DNA from: Acinetobacter phage 5W
Length of the DNA: 43,032 nt
Reading direction: 5' to 3' (one strand)
Sequence record: MT349887.1
In this document: piece by piece, positions 9,316 through 18,918 of the stretch
Position numbering within the stretch: the stretch's first letter is position 1
How the letters are laid out: every line of letters begins with the position of its first letter
Notes under the pieces: generated by a model
Seen by the model: the letters and a program-made list of their open reading frames with translations, nothing else
What the model was told of the DNA's origin: nothing
The model's database searches: none
Made by a program: the position numbers and the translations under genes

Positions 9316-9798
9316 ATGAGCGATTATCGTGTTGATGCTCAGGTCAATTTTGATGAGATGAATAATCGCGTTAGGTTTGAAATAAGACGCACGATTAACG
9401 CTCTTACTTTGCGCTTACAGCGGATTGTTCAGGAAGACATGTTAAGTGGCCAACGACTTAAAGTTCAGTCAGGCCGCTTGCGTGGATCCGTTTCATCAAA
9501 GGTGGATGAGGATAAGGATTCCATTGAGGGAACCGTGGGAGCTGGCGGTGCTTTGGTGCCTTATGCACCTGCACATGAGTTTGGTCTAAATGGTGCTTTG
9601 GGTGTTAAAGCACACCTAAGGACAATTAAACAGGCGTTTGGCCGACCTATTTCACCTGTTCAGGTCAATATTAAGGCCCATTCTAGGAATGTTCGGTTTA
9701 GAGAATTGCGGTTCATGCGTGATTCACTGGATATCGTGGCCAAGATTGTGCCGAAAAATATTGATGCAGCAATTGAGCGAGGTATAGCAGGTGGATAG
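9316..9798 (+). CDS. Head-tail joining protein (HK97 gp10-like)
   Basis: 160 aa; 'VPYAPAHEFG' matches the gp10-family signature; position between connector and tail tube. Confidence 0.55.
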   Translation: MSDYRVDAQVNFDEMNNRVRFEIRRTINALTLRLQRIVQEDMLSGQRLKVQSGRLRGSVSSKVDEDKDSIEGTVGAGGALVPYAPAHEFGLNGALGVKAHLRTIKQAFGRPISPVQVNIKAHSRNVRFRELRFMRDSLDIVAKIVPKNIDAAIERGIAGG

Positions 9799-10234
9799 CG
9801 AAGCAATCTATCAGGCGTTGTTTGAAAGGTTAAGCACAAGGGTAGAAGGATTGATTACGGTAAGTCGCCGTTTACGTCACTTTAACCATGTAACACCAGA
9901 ACAGCGCCCAGCCATGTTTATTACACAAGGCAATCAGCAAGAAGTCCCGGTACATGGTTTAGATTCAAAAGTTGAACTAGCTGCTGAGGTTTATCTCTAT
10001 ATTCATGAATCGGACACTACAAAGCCACCATCATCGCAGATGAATATATTCATCGATCGTGTACGTGAAGCTATTCAGCCAGACCATCCGGATTTCAGTG
10101 AATATCAAACCTTAGGTGGTTTGGTCGAGCATTGCTGGATCGAGGGCACAATCGAAGTATATGAAGCTGTAGAAAACATGCTGGATGATCAGGCGATTGC
10201 CATTATTCCTATCCGGATCCTCACAACCAACTAA
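9791..10234 (+). CDS. Putative tail completion/neck protein
   Basis: 147 aa ORF overlapping previous stop; last gene before terminator and tail tube gene. Confidence 0.4.
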   Translation: MDSEAIYQALFERLSTRVEGLITVSRRLRHFNHVTPEQRPAMFITQGNQQEVPVHGLDSKVELAAEVYLYIHESDTTKPPSSQMNIFIDRVREAIQPDHPDFSEYQTLGGLVEHCWIEGTIEVYEAVENMLDDQAIAIIPIRILTTN

Positions 10235-10242
10235 CAAAATAT

Positions 10243-10266
10243 TCATTTTATGACCGCCTCTATGGC
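10243..10266 (+). terminator. Rho-independent terminator (accgcc-tctat-ggcggt + T-rich)
   Basis: GC stem-loop followed by tttgtcatttt between neck genes and tail tube gene. Confidence 0.6.
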
Positions 10267-10296
10267 GGTTTTGTCATTTTAGAGAGGTCAAAATAA

Positions 10297-11064
10297 ATGG
10301 CTCAATATTTATTTGGTGCCGGCAAGATCTTTGCTACACCGATTCAAGATGTATACGGGCAACCGATTAGCAATCCCACACCAGTTGAAGTGGGAGTGAT
10401 GCAATCCGTTGGTGTAGATATTAGCTATGACTTAAAAGAGCTTTTTGGTCGTGGACAGTTCGCCGTAGATGCGGCGCGTGGTAAAGGTACCATTAAATGT
10501 AAAGCTTCTTTCGGGCGTATTAACGGAACTTTGTTAAATTCCATTTTCTTTGGTGGCGTTGTTGCTGAAGGTGGAATCGAAACAGTTTCCCAAACCATTA
10601 ATGGTGAAGTGATTCCGGCTGGTGGTTCAGTTACACCGGTTGTTCCTAACAGTGGGACATATGTAAAGGATCTTGGCGTAACAGATGCTAAAGCAATCCC
10701 ACTTAAACGTGTAGCTTCGGCACCAACAACCGGACAATACAGTGTAGCTGCAGCAACCGGTGCTTATACATTTGCTGCTGCCGATGCAGGTAAAACGGTA
10801 TTTATTAACTTCCGTTATTCAGCAATGGTAGCGGATGCTAAGTCAATCACCGTTTCAAACCTAGACATGGGCTATACGCCAGAGTTTGCCGTTGACCTGC
10901 AACGTGACTACAAAGGCAAGTTCATGCACATGAATTTCTTCCGTTGCACCAGTAACAAACTTGGATTCAGTTCAAAACAGGACGATTACGACATTCCTGA
11001 GTTTGAATTCCAGCCAATGGCTGACGATCTTAACCGTGTTTTCAAAATCGATTTATCGGAGTAA
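10297..11064 (+). CDS. Major tail (tube) protein
   Basis: 255 aa; strong RBS 'agagaggtcaaaataaATG'; first gene of tail operon followed by chaperone pair and tape measure. Confidence 0.6.
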   Translation: MAQYLFGAGKIFATPIQDVYGQPISNPTPVEVGVMQSVGVDISYDLKELFGRGQFAVDAARGKGTIKCKASFGRINGTLLNSIFFGGVVAEGGIETVSQTINGEVIPAGGSVTPVVPNSGTYVKDLGVTDAKAIPLKRVASAPTTGQYSVAAATGAYTFAAADAGKTVFINFRYSAMVADAKSITVSNLDMGYTPEFAVDLQRDYKGKFMHMNFFRCTSNKLGFSSKQDDYDIPEFEFQPMADDLNRVFKIDLSE

Positions 11065-11070
11065 TACCAA

Positions 11071-11385
11071 ATGCAATTTAAGCAAGTTGAAAACCCTCGC
11101 GGCTCTACAGTTGTTGTTGATGGTCAGCCATTTGTTTTTGCTCCATTGTCTCTTGGTGCAGTCGAGAAACTATTGCCGGCACTTCAATCATTCAAGCCAG
11201 ATGATGTTGGCACTGTGATTGATGTAGCACACAAATCTTTGAAGCGAAATTACCCCGACATTACTCGTGATGATGTGGCAGAGATGCTATTCATGGATCA
11301 GCTAACAGAAGTTATGGAAGCTGTAATGTCCGTGTCTGGTCTTAAAGGGAATGATGACAGCGCTGCAGGTGGCTCGGGGGAATAG
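11071..11385 (+). CDS. Tail assembly chaperone (G-like)
   Basis: 104 aa acidic protein between tail tube and tape measure; overlapped at 3' end by a -1 frame ORF (see next). Confidence 0.55.
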   Translation: MQFKQVENPRGSTVVVDGQPFVFAPLSLGAVEKLLPALQSFKPDDVGTVIDVAHKSLKRNYPDITRDDVAEMLFMDQLTEVMEAVMSVSGLKGNDDSAAGGSGE

Positions 11386-11645
11386 ATTGGGAGGAGCTGT
11401 ACACGCATTTAGTGCTCACCATGGGTAAAGATTACGACTATGTGCGTAATGAAATGGACCTGCCTAGATTAAGAGCATTAAGTGCGTATCAGCAAAACAA
11501 CCCTCCCGCGCATGTTGGGATACAACGGCTTTGCCGTATTTTGGAAGCGTTCATGGGAATCGAAGAAACCCCACAAGCTATCACCGTTTCAGATGATGAA
11601 GAAGATATGTTAGAAGTTTTGTCGAATTTCCCGCAGGGTGGTTAA
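11358..11645 (+). CDS. Candidate -1 frameshift extension of tail assembly chaperone (GT-like)
   Basis: -1 frame is open from 11358 (TGA at 11355-11357), overlapping the last 28 nt of the chaperone ORF; G5 run 'ggggg' at 11376-11380 precedes the chaperone stop. Track ORF 11412..11645 (GTG). Confidence 0.4.
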   Translation, partial: QRCRWLGGIDWEELYTHLVLTMGKDYDYVRNEMDLPRLRALSAYQQNNPPAHVGIQRLCRILEAFMGIEETPQAITVSDDEEDMLEVLSNFPQGG

Positions 11646-11709
11646 GGCTGCCCTATAGTATTCTTATCAATTAACATGGATAATATGAAAATGATAAGGA
11701 GACCTATCT

Positions 11710-12420
11710 GTGAAGTTTAATAAATTTTTTATATTAATATTTTTATCGATGTTTTTGTTATTATTAGCTAACTTTTTTAATCCTGATATATCAAGTTGGG
11801 TAAAAAATAAGCTTAATATTTCTACAAATTCAGAATTAAATCCATATTATAAAAAAATGGTAGTTGTTCATCAAAGAATGGATGGAAGCATTAGAGAAGG
11901 TTCCATATTCTTTTTAGGGGACAGTATAACTCAATCTTTAAACGTAAATTCAGTAACCAATCAGGGAATTAATTATGGGATCGGCGGGGATACAACTTTT
12001 GGTTTATTGAATCGCATAAAGTATTATAATTCACTTAATAAAGCTGATAAAATTTTAGTAGCTATAGGGATTAATGATTTTATTTTTAACAGAACCAGTA
12101 AAGAAATCATAGAAAATTATGAAAAAATATTTGAATTACTACCTAAAGACAAAAAAGTTTTTATAAACTCAGTGTTGCCAGTTACATACCAATATACAGA
12201 GAATTCCGATAAAATTACTATTAAACAAATTGTAGAATTGAATCATGAATTGAAAAAATTTTGTAGTCTAAAACCAAATTGTGAATTCATTAATTCTTAT
12301 GGATTATTTGCAGATTCGGCAGGATTTTTAAAAAAATCCTATGATACTGGAGATGGAATACATCTTAATACTGAGGGATATAATCTCTTGATTAAGATAT
12401 TGAAAGTTAAAATTAATTGA
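11710..12420 (+). CDS. Secreted SGNH/GDSL-family hydrolase (lipase/acyl-esterase-like) moron
   Basis: GTG start with RBS 'aaggaga'; N-terminal signal/TM 'FILIFLSMFLLLLANFF'; blocks 'FFLGDSITQ' (GDS), 'GIND', 'DGIHLN' (DxxH); very AT-rich versus flanking tail genes. Confidence 0.8.
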   Translation: MKFNKFFILIFLSMFLLLLANFFNPDISSWVKNKLNISTNSELNPYYKKMVVVHQRMDGSIREGSIFFLGDSITQSLNVNSVTNQGINYGIGGDTTFGLLNRIKYYNSLNKADKILVAIGINDFIFNRTSKEIIENYEKIFELLPKDKKVFINSVLPVTYQYTENSDKITIKQIVELNHELKKFCSLKPNCEFINSYGLFADSAGFLKKSYDTGDGIHLNTEGYNLLIKILKVKIN

Positions 12421-12445
12421 ATTTAAACAATTAAACCTTTTTTGA

Positions 12446-12469
12446 AACTGCCTCACGGCAGTTTTTTTG
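12446..12469 (+). terminator. Rho-independent terminator (aaactgcc-tcac-ggcagttt + T7)
   Basis: Perfect 8-bp stem and T-run directly after the GDSL gene. Confidence 0.8.
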
Positions 12470-12488
12470 TGCCTGTGAGATAGTAATT

Positions 12489-15400
12489 ATGAACAACAAT
12501 CGAGTGGAAGTACATGTCAGTGCAAAAACTTCTGAGCTCAAGGAAGGGATGCAAGATGCTGAAAAAATAGTTTCAGATGCTTCCAAGAAAATTGAAAGCA
12601 CTGGAAAGAGTATCGATTTTAAACTTGATCTTTCAAATCTAAAGTCAGAGTTAAATGGTTTTGCAACAAGCCTTTCGGATAAATTTAAGACCGTAGGCAA
12701 TGATATTAAGAGTTCGCTGACTAATGGCCTATCTTTAGTCAGGGGCGGTTTTTTTGTTGGTATTGGCCAAGAGATTGCTAGAAGTGCAGCGGAAGCGGTT
12801 GCAGCAATTCCTGATCTTGTATCTGCAGTGGGTAAGGCTTCAAAAGAGTTAGAGATTCAAGCCCGATTAGCAAACTCGAATACTTTAGAATTTCAAGAAT
12901 GGGCATTTGCTGCCAAAAAAGTAAACGTGGAGCAGGACAAGCTATCGGACATCATGAAAGATGTAAACGATAAGTTTGGTGACTTCATGCAAACTGGTGG
13001 TGGTGAGATGGCCGATTTCTTTGAGAAGATCGCGCCAAAAGTCGGTGTCACTGCCCAACAATTTAAAGGCTTATCTGGTCCGCAAATCCTAGAAAAGTAC
13101 TACCAGACTTTGCAAAAAGCCAATGTGTCACAGGCTGAAATGACTTTCTATATGGAAGCCATTGCGAACGATGCAACATTATTAGCTCCATTATTGGATA
13201 ACAACGGTCAAAAATTAAAAGAGTACGCTAAACAGGCTCATGATTTAGGCGTAATCATGAGTGAAGATGCCATAGCTGCTACCAAAGAATTTAATACGTC
13301 CCTTGAGACTGTCCAAACAACACTTCAAGGAGTATTAACCCGTATTGCAGCACAAGCAGCTCCATCCCTTACTGAATTAGCTAATCAATTTTTAACTTTT
13401 GCGGTTGATTCCAAGGATGCCATTGATGATTCAATTAAATCGATTATTGGCATTTTTGAAAGCTTGTTTAGTATTCTAAGTGAGCAGTTCACAACGATTG
13501 GAGCAATCTGGAGTGACTTGACTGGAAGCATTGGAGACGATGCAAATAAACAGATTGGCTTTATGGATGCTATATCTGTAGTACTACGAGCATTAGGTGT
13601 TGTAGTTACCGGCTTTCAGGTAGGCGTTCAATCTGCTTTTGCAATCATTCGTGCCGTTGTAGTCACGGTATGCCAAGCTTTAATCATTGCTTTTAATGGC
13701 CTTATGGCTGGCTTTGATATGGTACGAAGTACTATTCAGTATGGTCTGGATGTATTACAGGTAAAGTTTCAAACATTTGGTAGCGTTGTAAATAACATCC
13801 TCCATTTTAACTTCTCAGGTGCAAAATCGGCATGGGAGGGTGGTTTATCTCAGCTTGGTAGTATTACTGATCGTTATACAAACCAAATGAAAGGACGAAT
13901 GGCTGACCTGAAAAACTCTTGGAATGCAGGAGCCACTACAGCAGCCAATTCACTTGTCACGGCTGGTAAAAGAATTCTTGAAGTTACAACTGCTGGCAAT
14001 CAGAAGATTACCAACTATGTATTTAAGGATCCTACTAAACCTTTTGAGCCACCTAAACCACCTAAGCTAGGCCTAGGTACTGCACCACCAAATACTAAAC
14101 TTGGTATTGGTACTGGGGAGAAGGACGAAAAAGGCGGCTCTAAATCGTCTGCAAAATCTAAAGCAGAACAAGAGGCTAAGGAACGGCAGCGACAAGCTGA
14201 GCAGGCAGCTAAAGCACTTGCTGATATTCGGTATAAATATGCATCCGAAGAAAAGAAAGTGGCTCTAGATCTTCAAAAGGCGTTAGATGAGATTGAAAAA
14301 TCCAAGATGACTGCAGATGAAAAAGCTGCTGCGAAAGTCAAAGCCGAAAAGGATGCATCCGACAAGATCATTGCTATTCGTTTAAAAGAGTTTGAGGAAT
14401 ACAAAAAAGCTCGTGAAGAACAAATAGACAATTATCAACAGCAAGCACAGCGCCTTTATGAAATTGAAGCGGCACGGATCCAAGCTGAATTTGATGCCAA
14501 GAAAATTTCAAATGTCCGTAAAGTTCAGTTGGAAAAACAGCTTGAAGATCAATTACGTGAAATTAAACGGCAAGGTCTTTTAGAGCGTTTAGCTTTGGAA
14601 AATGAGCAGACCAACATTACAGGCAAACAAGGTAATCAAAACCAAATCACAAACAACATTTCTGATTTAGAGACAGACCAGAAAGTTGCTGACACTAAGT
14701 CTATGGGCTTAATCAGTGATGCGGAAATGAAAGACTTTGAGGCCAAGTTCGGTGGCTTTACTTCTCGACTTTCTAACCTTTGGGATCAGGGTATTCAGTC
14801 TCTTATGAATGGTACCCTCACTTGGAGTAACGCAACTAAAGCAGTGCTTGCTGACATGGGGCAATTTGCCTTGCAAACAGCTACTAAAGAGCTACAAGGC
14901 TGGTTAAGAATCCAAGCTATTAAATTGGCTCGTAAACTTGGATTTGTCGGTGCTGAAACAGCCGCTGAAGCTTCTGGCCAAGCTGCTCAAACAGGGGCAA
15001 CCATTGCAGGTGAAGCAACACGTACCAGTGTTACTGCAGCTGGTGGTTTAGCTCGTTTAGGCTTAAAAGCTGCTGAAGCTATCAAAGGCATCATGATGTC
15101 TGCATGGGAAGCAATGGCCGGAGCTTTTAAAGCGATGGTCGCAATTCCATATGTTGGTCCAATTCTTGCCGTTGGTGCAGGTGCGGCTGCTTTTGGTTTA
15201 GTGGCTGGACTTGCTGGAAAGATTAAATCTGCTCGTGGCGGTTACGACATTCCTGCCGGTGTAAACCCTATGACGCAATTGCACGAAGAAGAAATGGTAT
15301 TGCCGAAACAGCATGCCAATACCATTCGTGCCCTAGGTAAATCTATGGCCAATGGTGGTCTGGGAGGTGGTGGCGAGAACACTGCACAGCCCGTTATTTT

Positions 15401-15512
15401 CAGTCCTACCATTCAGGCTTGGGATTCAAAGGATGTTCGACGCTTCTTCAAGAAGCATGGTAGTGAATTAGCAGACAGTCTTAAGGGCTATAACCGTAAT
15501 TTTGGTAAATAA
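12489..15512 (+). CDS. Tail tape measure protein
   Basis: 1007 aa, long alpha-helical/coiled-coil with Ala/Gly-rich hydrophobic C-terminal region; position after chaperone pair. Confidence 0.85.
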   Translation: MNNNRVEVHVSAKTSELKEGMQDAEKIVSDASKKIESTGKSIDFKLDLSNLKSELNGFATSLSDKFKTVGNDIKSSLTNGLSLVRGGFFVGIGQEIARSAAEAVAAIPDLVSAVGKASKELEIQARLANSNTLEFQEWAFAAKKVNVEQDKLSDIMKDVNDKFGDFMQTGGGEMADFFEKIAPKVGVTAQQFKGLSGPQILEKYYQTLQKANVSQAEMTFYMEAIANDATLLAPLLDNNGQKLKEYAKQAHDLGVIMSEDAIAATKEFNTSLETVQTTLQGVLTRIAAQAAPSLTELANQFLTFAVDSKDAIDDSIKSIIGIFESLFSILSEQFTTIGAIWSDLTGSIGDDANKQIGFMDAISVVLRALGVVVTGFQVGVQSAFAIIRAVVVTVCQALIIAFNGLMAGFDMVRSTIQYGLDVLQVKFQTFGSVVNNILHFNFSGAKSAWEGGLSQLGSITDRYTNQMKGRMADLKNSWNAGATTAANSLVTAGKRILEVTTAGNQKITNYVFKDPTKPFEPPKPPKLGLGTAPPNTKLGIGTGEKDEKGGSKSSAKSKAEQEAKERQRQAEQAAKALADIRYKYASEEKKVALDLQKALDEIEKSKMTADEKAAAKVKAEKDASDKIIAIRLKEFEEYKKAREEQIDNYQQQAQRLYEIEAARIQAEFDAKKISNVRKVQLEKQLEDQLREIKRQGLLERLALENEQTNITGKQGNQNQITNNISDLETDQKVADTKSMGLISDAEMKDFEAKFGGFTSRLSNLWDQGIQSLMNGTLTWSNATKAVLADMGQFALQTATKELQGWLRIQAIKLARKLGFVGAETAAEASGQAAQTGATIAGEATRTSVTAAGGLARLGLKAAEAIKGIMMSAWEAMAGAFKAMVAIPYVGPILAVGAGAAAFGLVAGLAGKIKSARGGYDIPAGVNPMTQLHEEEMVLPKQHANTIRALGKSMANGGLGGGGENTAQPVIFSPTIQAWDSKDVRRFFKKHGSELADSLKGYNRNFGK

Positions 15513-15521
15513 GGAGGATTC

Positions 15522-16175
15522 ATGTCAGACGTATTGTTTCCAGAATTACCCGGTCTTGAATGGGATACATCTATTACTCCCATGTTTAACACCAAAATCA
15601 TGACCTCCATTAATGGCCGGGAGCTTCGAGCAAGCTTTCAGGCCTCACCTAAATATGAAATCTCGTTGTCTTACGCATTCTTGCGCGAAAATAAGGGGAG
15701 AAAGGAATTGCAGCAACTTCAAGGATTTTATTTAGAGCGCCGTGGGGCGTTTGATTCTTTTCTTTATAAGATGCCTGAGGATAATGAGTTTAATTGCACA
15801 TTTGTTGGTGATGGCTCTACTACTTCATTCCAACTTTACAAGGATATGTATACAAGCCAATTGCCTCTAGGTAATACAGAGGAACAGATTGTAGGTGAAG
15901 TAGATCCCAACATGTGGAATCAGGTTCCTGTAAAAACAATGTGGAATTCAGATCCAGAGAAATTGATGTGGAACACAGCTTCTGCTCAGATAACGAGTGA
16001 CGGAAAATATGTACTTTCACAGCCGATTGAGGAAGGCGTAGAGGTAACTGTAACGGGTACTTTTTACTATCGCTGCCGCTTTAAAGATGACACACAGCAA
16101 TATGTCAACTTTATGCATAAGCTTTGGAAAGCTGGAAAGGTTGAATTAATTGGTTCTTTGGGGAATAAGATATGA
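15522..16175 (+). CDS. Distal tail protein (DUF2460 / GTA g12-like)
   Basis: 217 aa directly after TMP; first of a GTA-like distal-tail gene set. Confidence 0.5.
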   Translation: MSDVLFPELPGLEWDTSITPMFNTKIMTSINGRELRASFQASPKYEISLSYAFLRENKGRKELQQLQGFYLERRGAFDSFLYKMPEDNEFNCTFVGDGSTTSFQLYKDMYTSQLPLGNTEEQIVGEVDPNMWNQVPVKTMWNSDPEKLMWNTASAQITSDGKYVLSQPIEEGVEVTVTGTFYYRCRFKDDTQQYVNFMHKLWKAGKVELIGSLGNKI

Positions 16176-17029
16176 GACAGGCCTCTCCAAAACTTATAGC
16201 CTTGTTAGATGCTGATCAGTTCATCATGGCCGATCTTTATACTATTACGACCATACAAGGTATTGAGTATCGCTATACCAACTATGACGTTCATTTGACG
16301 GTGCAAGGCAAAGAGTTTCGTGCTGATGGACCAATCATAAGTCGAGAAGGAATAAGCCTTTCCTTGGGTATTGAAGTTGATAATCTCTCTATCAAAATAG
16401 AAACCAATGAAAGTACTAAATTTGGTGACGTACCTGTAGCTCAGGCATTTCATAACGGCGTTTTAGATGGTGCTCGTTTCAAGCTTGAACGTATTTTTAT
16501 GGATATAAATACTCCTACTGATACGAGTGCCGGCACGTTAGTTTTATTTGAAGGTCGCATTGTTGAGCCGGAACTCGATCGTTATGAAATTAACGCTAGC
16601 GTGGTTTCAGAAGTGGATGACTTAAAACTTCAGATGCCAAGGAACTTATACACACCAGGTTGTTTAAATACTTTGTTTGATAGTGCGTGTGGACTATTTA
16701 GTGCTGATTTTGCCGTGAATACGACTATCGGGCCGAATAGTACACCTAGCCGCATCCTTTGTGACTTAAGTCAGCCGCAGGGGTGGTTTACACAGGGGGT
16801 TGTAGAATTCTTGGAAGGTGCAAACATTGGTATTAAGCGTACAGTCCGTTTGCATGAATCGGGCGCAATGCTTCTAACTCTACCACTTCTCGACATGCCA
16901 GCAATTGGTGAAGCTATTCGGGTTTATCCGGGTTGTGATAAACGTCTCGATACTTGTACTAACCGTTTTAACAACCGTGCTCGCTTTCGAGGCGCGCCGT
17001 TTGTTCCAGTTCCAGAAACTTCTATTTAA
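16172..17029 (+). CDS. Tail hub protein (DUF2163 + phage BR0599 domain; GTA g13-like)
   Basis: 285 aa; C-terminal '...CTNRFNNRARFRGAPFVPVP' is characteristic of the BR0599 domain. Confidence 0.6.
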   Translation: MRQASPKLIALLDADQFIMADLYTITTIQGIEYRYTNYDVHLTVQGKEFRADGPIISREGISLSLGIEVDNLSIKIETNESTKFGDVPVAQAFHNGVLDGARFKLERIFMDINTPTDTSAGTLVLFEGRIVEPELDRYEINASVVSEVDDLKLQMPRNLYTPGCLNTLFDSACGLFSADFAVNTTIGPNSTPSRILCDLSQPQGWFTQGVVEFLEGANIGIKRTVRLHESGAMLLTLPLLDMPAIGEAIRVYPGCDKRLDTCTNRFNNRARFRGAPFVPVPETSI

Positions 17030-17047
17030 CAACTTTATATTTAATCA

Positions 17048-17075
17048 AAGCCCTGCAAATCGCAGGGCTTTTTAT
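17048..17075 (+). terminator. Rho-independent terminator (aagccctgc-aaatc-gcagggctt + T-run)
   Basis: 9-bp perfect stem followed by tttttattt; lies inside the tail gene cluster just before the esterase tail gene. Confidence 0.8.
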
Positions 17076-17089
17076 TTGGGAAATATATT

Positions 17090-18916
17090 ATGGCAGTTCC
17101 TGATAAAGACGCCCTGATTGGGCCTACGGTCACAGAGGCACAATTTAAAACCAATCTTGGTGCAATTGTGGATTTCATTAAACCAATTGAATCTCAAAGC
17201 CCTAACTATGCAACCACTGCTTTGCTGACTGCTTCAAGACCCGTTAAAAACCAAAGTTATGCAAAAGCCCTAGATACAGGGAAGGTATGGTATTGGAATA
17301 AACCAGCAGGATCACCAGAAGGAAATTATTGGGTAGAGACTGAGCTAAGTGATCTTGATCAGGCAATAACCTATACAGATGGGCAATTTAATCTAGCAAT
17401 AAAAAGAGCAGTTTTTGAAACTTTATCACAGCTATTTGGACTGGCTAAATCAGACGATCCAACTAAAATTGGAGTTTTGTTGGACGGTGTTGGTCGTATC
17501 TTGTTGGGTTATGACCTAGAAAAAGATACAGGTATTTATGCGGGGATGCTTGAGCAAGTTGTTGAAATTATTCCGGGGCTTAAGCTTTATAACGATGGTC
17601 GATATTTAGGTTTGTTAGGTGATTCTAGTAGGCAGATATTGATCGGTTATGACATGCTTAATGACTTGCCCATCATTGCGGGCCTTGATGAGTTGATCAA
17701 TGGTGCGGGCGGCACAAATACAAAACCTGTTCCAGCCGAAAGAAACCATATAGTTGGATACGGACAGTCTTTAAAAACAGGTGCTACCGCAACAGTTATT
17801 CTAAGTATTCTTCAGCCTTATTTTAATGTGACATTCGGTACGGGTCCGCGTATGGACTCTGCTGCAACTTCGGTCATTCCATTGGTTGAGCAATTTAATA
17901 ATCCAAGTTCAGACGGCTACAGCAATCGCGGTGAGACTTGTTGTTCTGGTGCTGCAAATTATGCAAGCCGTGCAATGATGCTTGAAAACGGTATTGATCC
18001 GAAAGATCATGTGATTTTTGCAAGCACTGCTGCACATGGTGGGTATCGTATAGATCAGTTAAAAAAAGGGTCTGAATGGTATAGCTTTTTGATTAAGCAT
18101 ATAACTGAAGCAAAACGGTTGAGTGGAGATAAGACTTACAAAACGCAAGTTATTGATTGGGGACAGGGTGAAAATGACGCCATTTATACTGTTCGAACCC
18201 CCTATGCGGTTTATAAGTCTGAACTTGCACAGCTGCAGTTAGATGTAAGCAGTGATATTAAAGAAATCACCGGGCAATCTGAAACAGCACCATTTATTAC
18301 TTACCAGATGTCATATGCTGCCCGCACATGGCCTGATATTGCAAAAGCTCAATTAGATTTAGTTCGAGAAAGCCCGTATTTTATGCTTTCAACACCTATG
18401 TATCACATGCCATATGCAGAAGACAGCATTCATTTAACAAATGTTGGTTACAAGTGGCTTGGTGCTTATGTTGGTCGAGCTTATAAGCAATATATGATTG
18501 ATGGGCGAAAATCAGATTTCATCAACCCAAAAGTAGCTCAACTTGTAGGTGATGAAATACACATTCATTTTGATGTGCCGAAAGCGCCACTTGTGCTTGA
18601 TACGGCAACTTTGGCTGCTACTACAGACAACGGCTTTAAGGTTTTAGTAAATGATACTGCGGCAACGATTTCCGGCATTAGCGCAGAAAATGACAAAGTT
18701 ATTATCAAACTGTCTAGCCCACCTGCAACAGGTGCATCGGTAATTGTTAGATACGCCCTAGATTACCTAGGTGCTGGATTATCAATAGATGGCGGTGCTT
18801 CCGGCAATCTCCGTGATTCAACAACAGATTCAATTGAAATTGCAGGTGTAGAAAGACCGCTATATCACGTATGCCCGCATTTTGAATTAACTGCATTTAC
18901 AGATAAAGGAATTTAA
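17090..18916 (+). CDS. Tail fiber/spike-like protein with SASA/SGNH carbohydrate acetylesterase-like domain
   Basis: 608 aa; N-terminal tandem ~33-aa repeat; central 'HIVGYGQSLKTG' (GQS nucleophile block) and 'AEDSIHLTNVGYKWLGAYVGRAY' (DxxH block) resemble sialate-O-acetylesterase/SGNH; beta-rich C-terminal domain. Confidence 0.55.
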   Translation: MAVPDKDALIGPTVTEAQFKTNLGAIVDFIKPIESQSPNYATTALLTASRPVKNQSYAKALDTGKVWYWNKPAGSPEGNYWVETELSDLDQAITYTDGQFNLAIKRAVFETLSQLFGLAKSDDPTKIGVLLDGVGRILLGYDLEKDTGIYAGMLEQVVEIIPGLKLYNDGRYLGLLGDSSRQILIGYDMLNDLPIIAGLDELINGAGGTNTKPVPAERNHIVGYGQSLKTGATATVILSILQPYFNVTFGTGPRMDSAATSVIPLVEQFNNPSSDGYSNRGETCCSGAANYASRAMMLENGIDPKDHVIFASTAAHGGYRIDQLKKGSEWYSFLIKHITEAKRLSGDKTYKTQVIDWGQGENDAIYTVRTPYAVYKSELAQLQLDVSSDIKEITGQSETAPFITYQMSYAARTWPDIAKAQLDLVRESPYFMLSTPMYHMPYAEDSIHLTNVGYKWLGAYVGRAYKQYMIDGRKSDFINPKVAQLVGDEIHIHFDVPKAPLVLDTATLAATTDNGFKVLVNDTAATISGISAENDKVIIKLSSPPATGASVIVRYALDYLGAGLSIDGGASGNLRDSTTDSIEIAGVERPLYHVCPHFELTAFTDKGI

Positions 18917-18918
18917 AA

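Noticed and set aside
10961-11218. 85-aa ORF spanning tail tube/chaperone junction
   Set aside because: Out-of-frame overlap of two genes with strong synteny support; no start context.
12431-12700. 89-aa - strand ORF over the terminator and tape-measure start
   Set aside because: Antisense to a terminator and the TMP 5' end; no support.
16905-17117. 70-aa ORF across the BR0599 gene end and terminator
   Set aside because: Overlaps a clear terminator hairpin and a supported gene; spurious.
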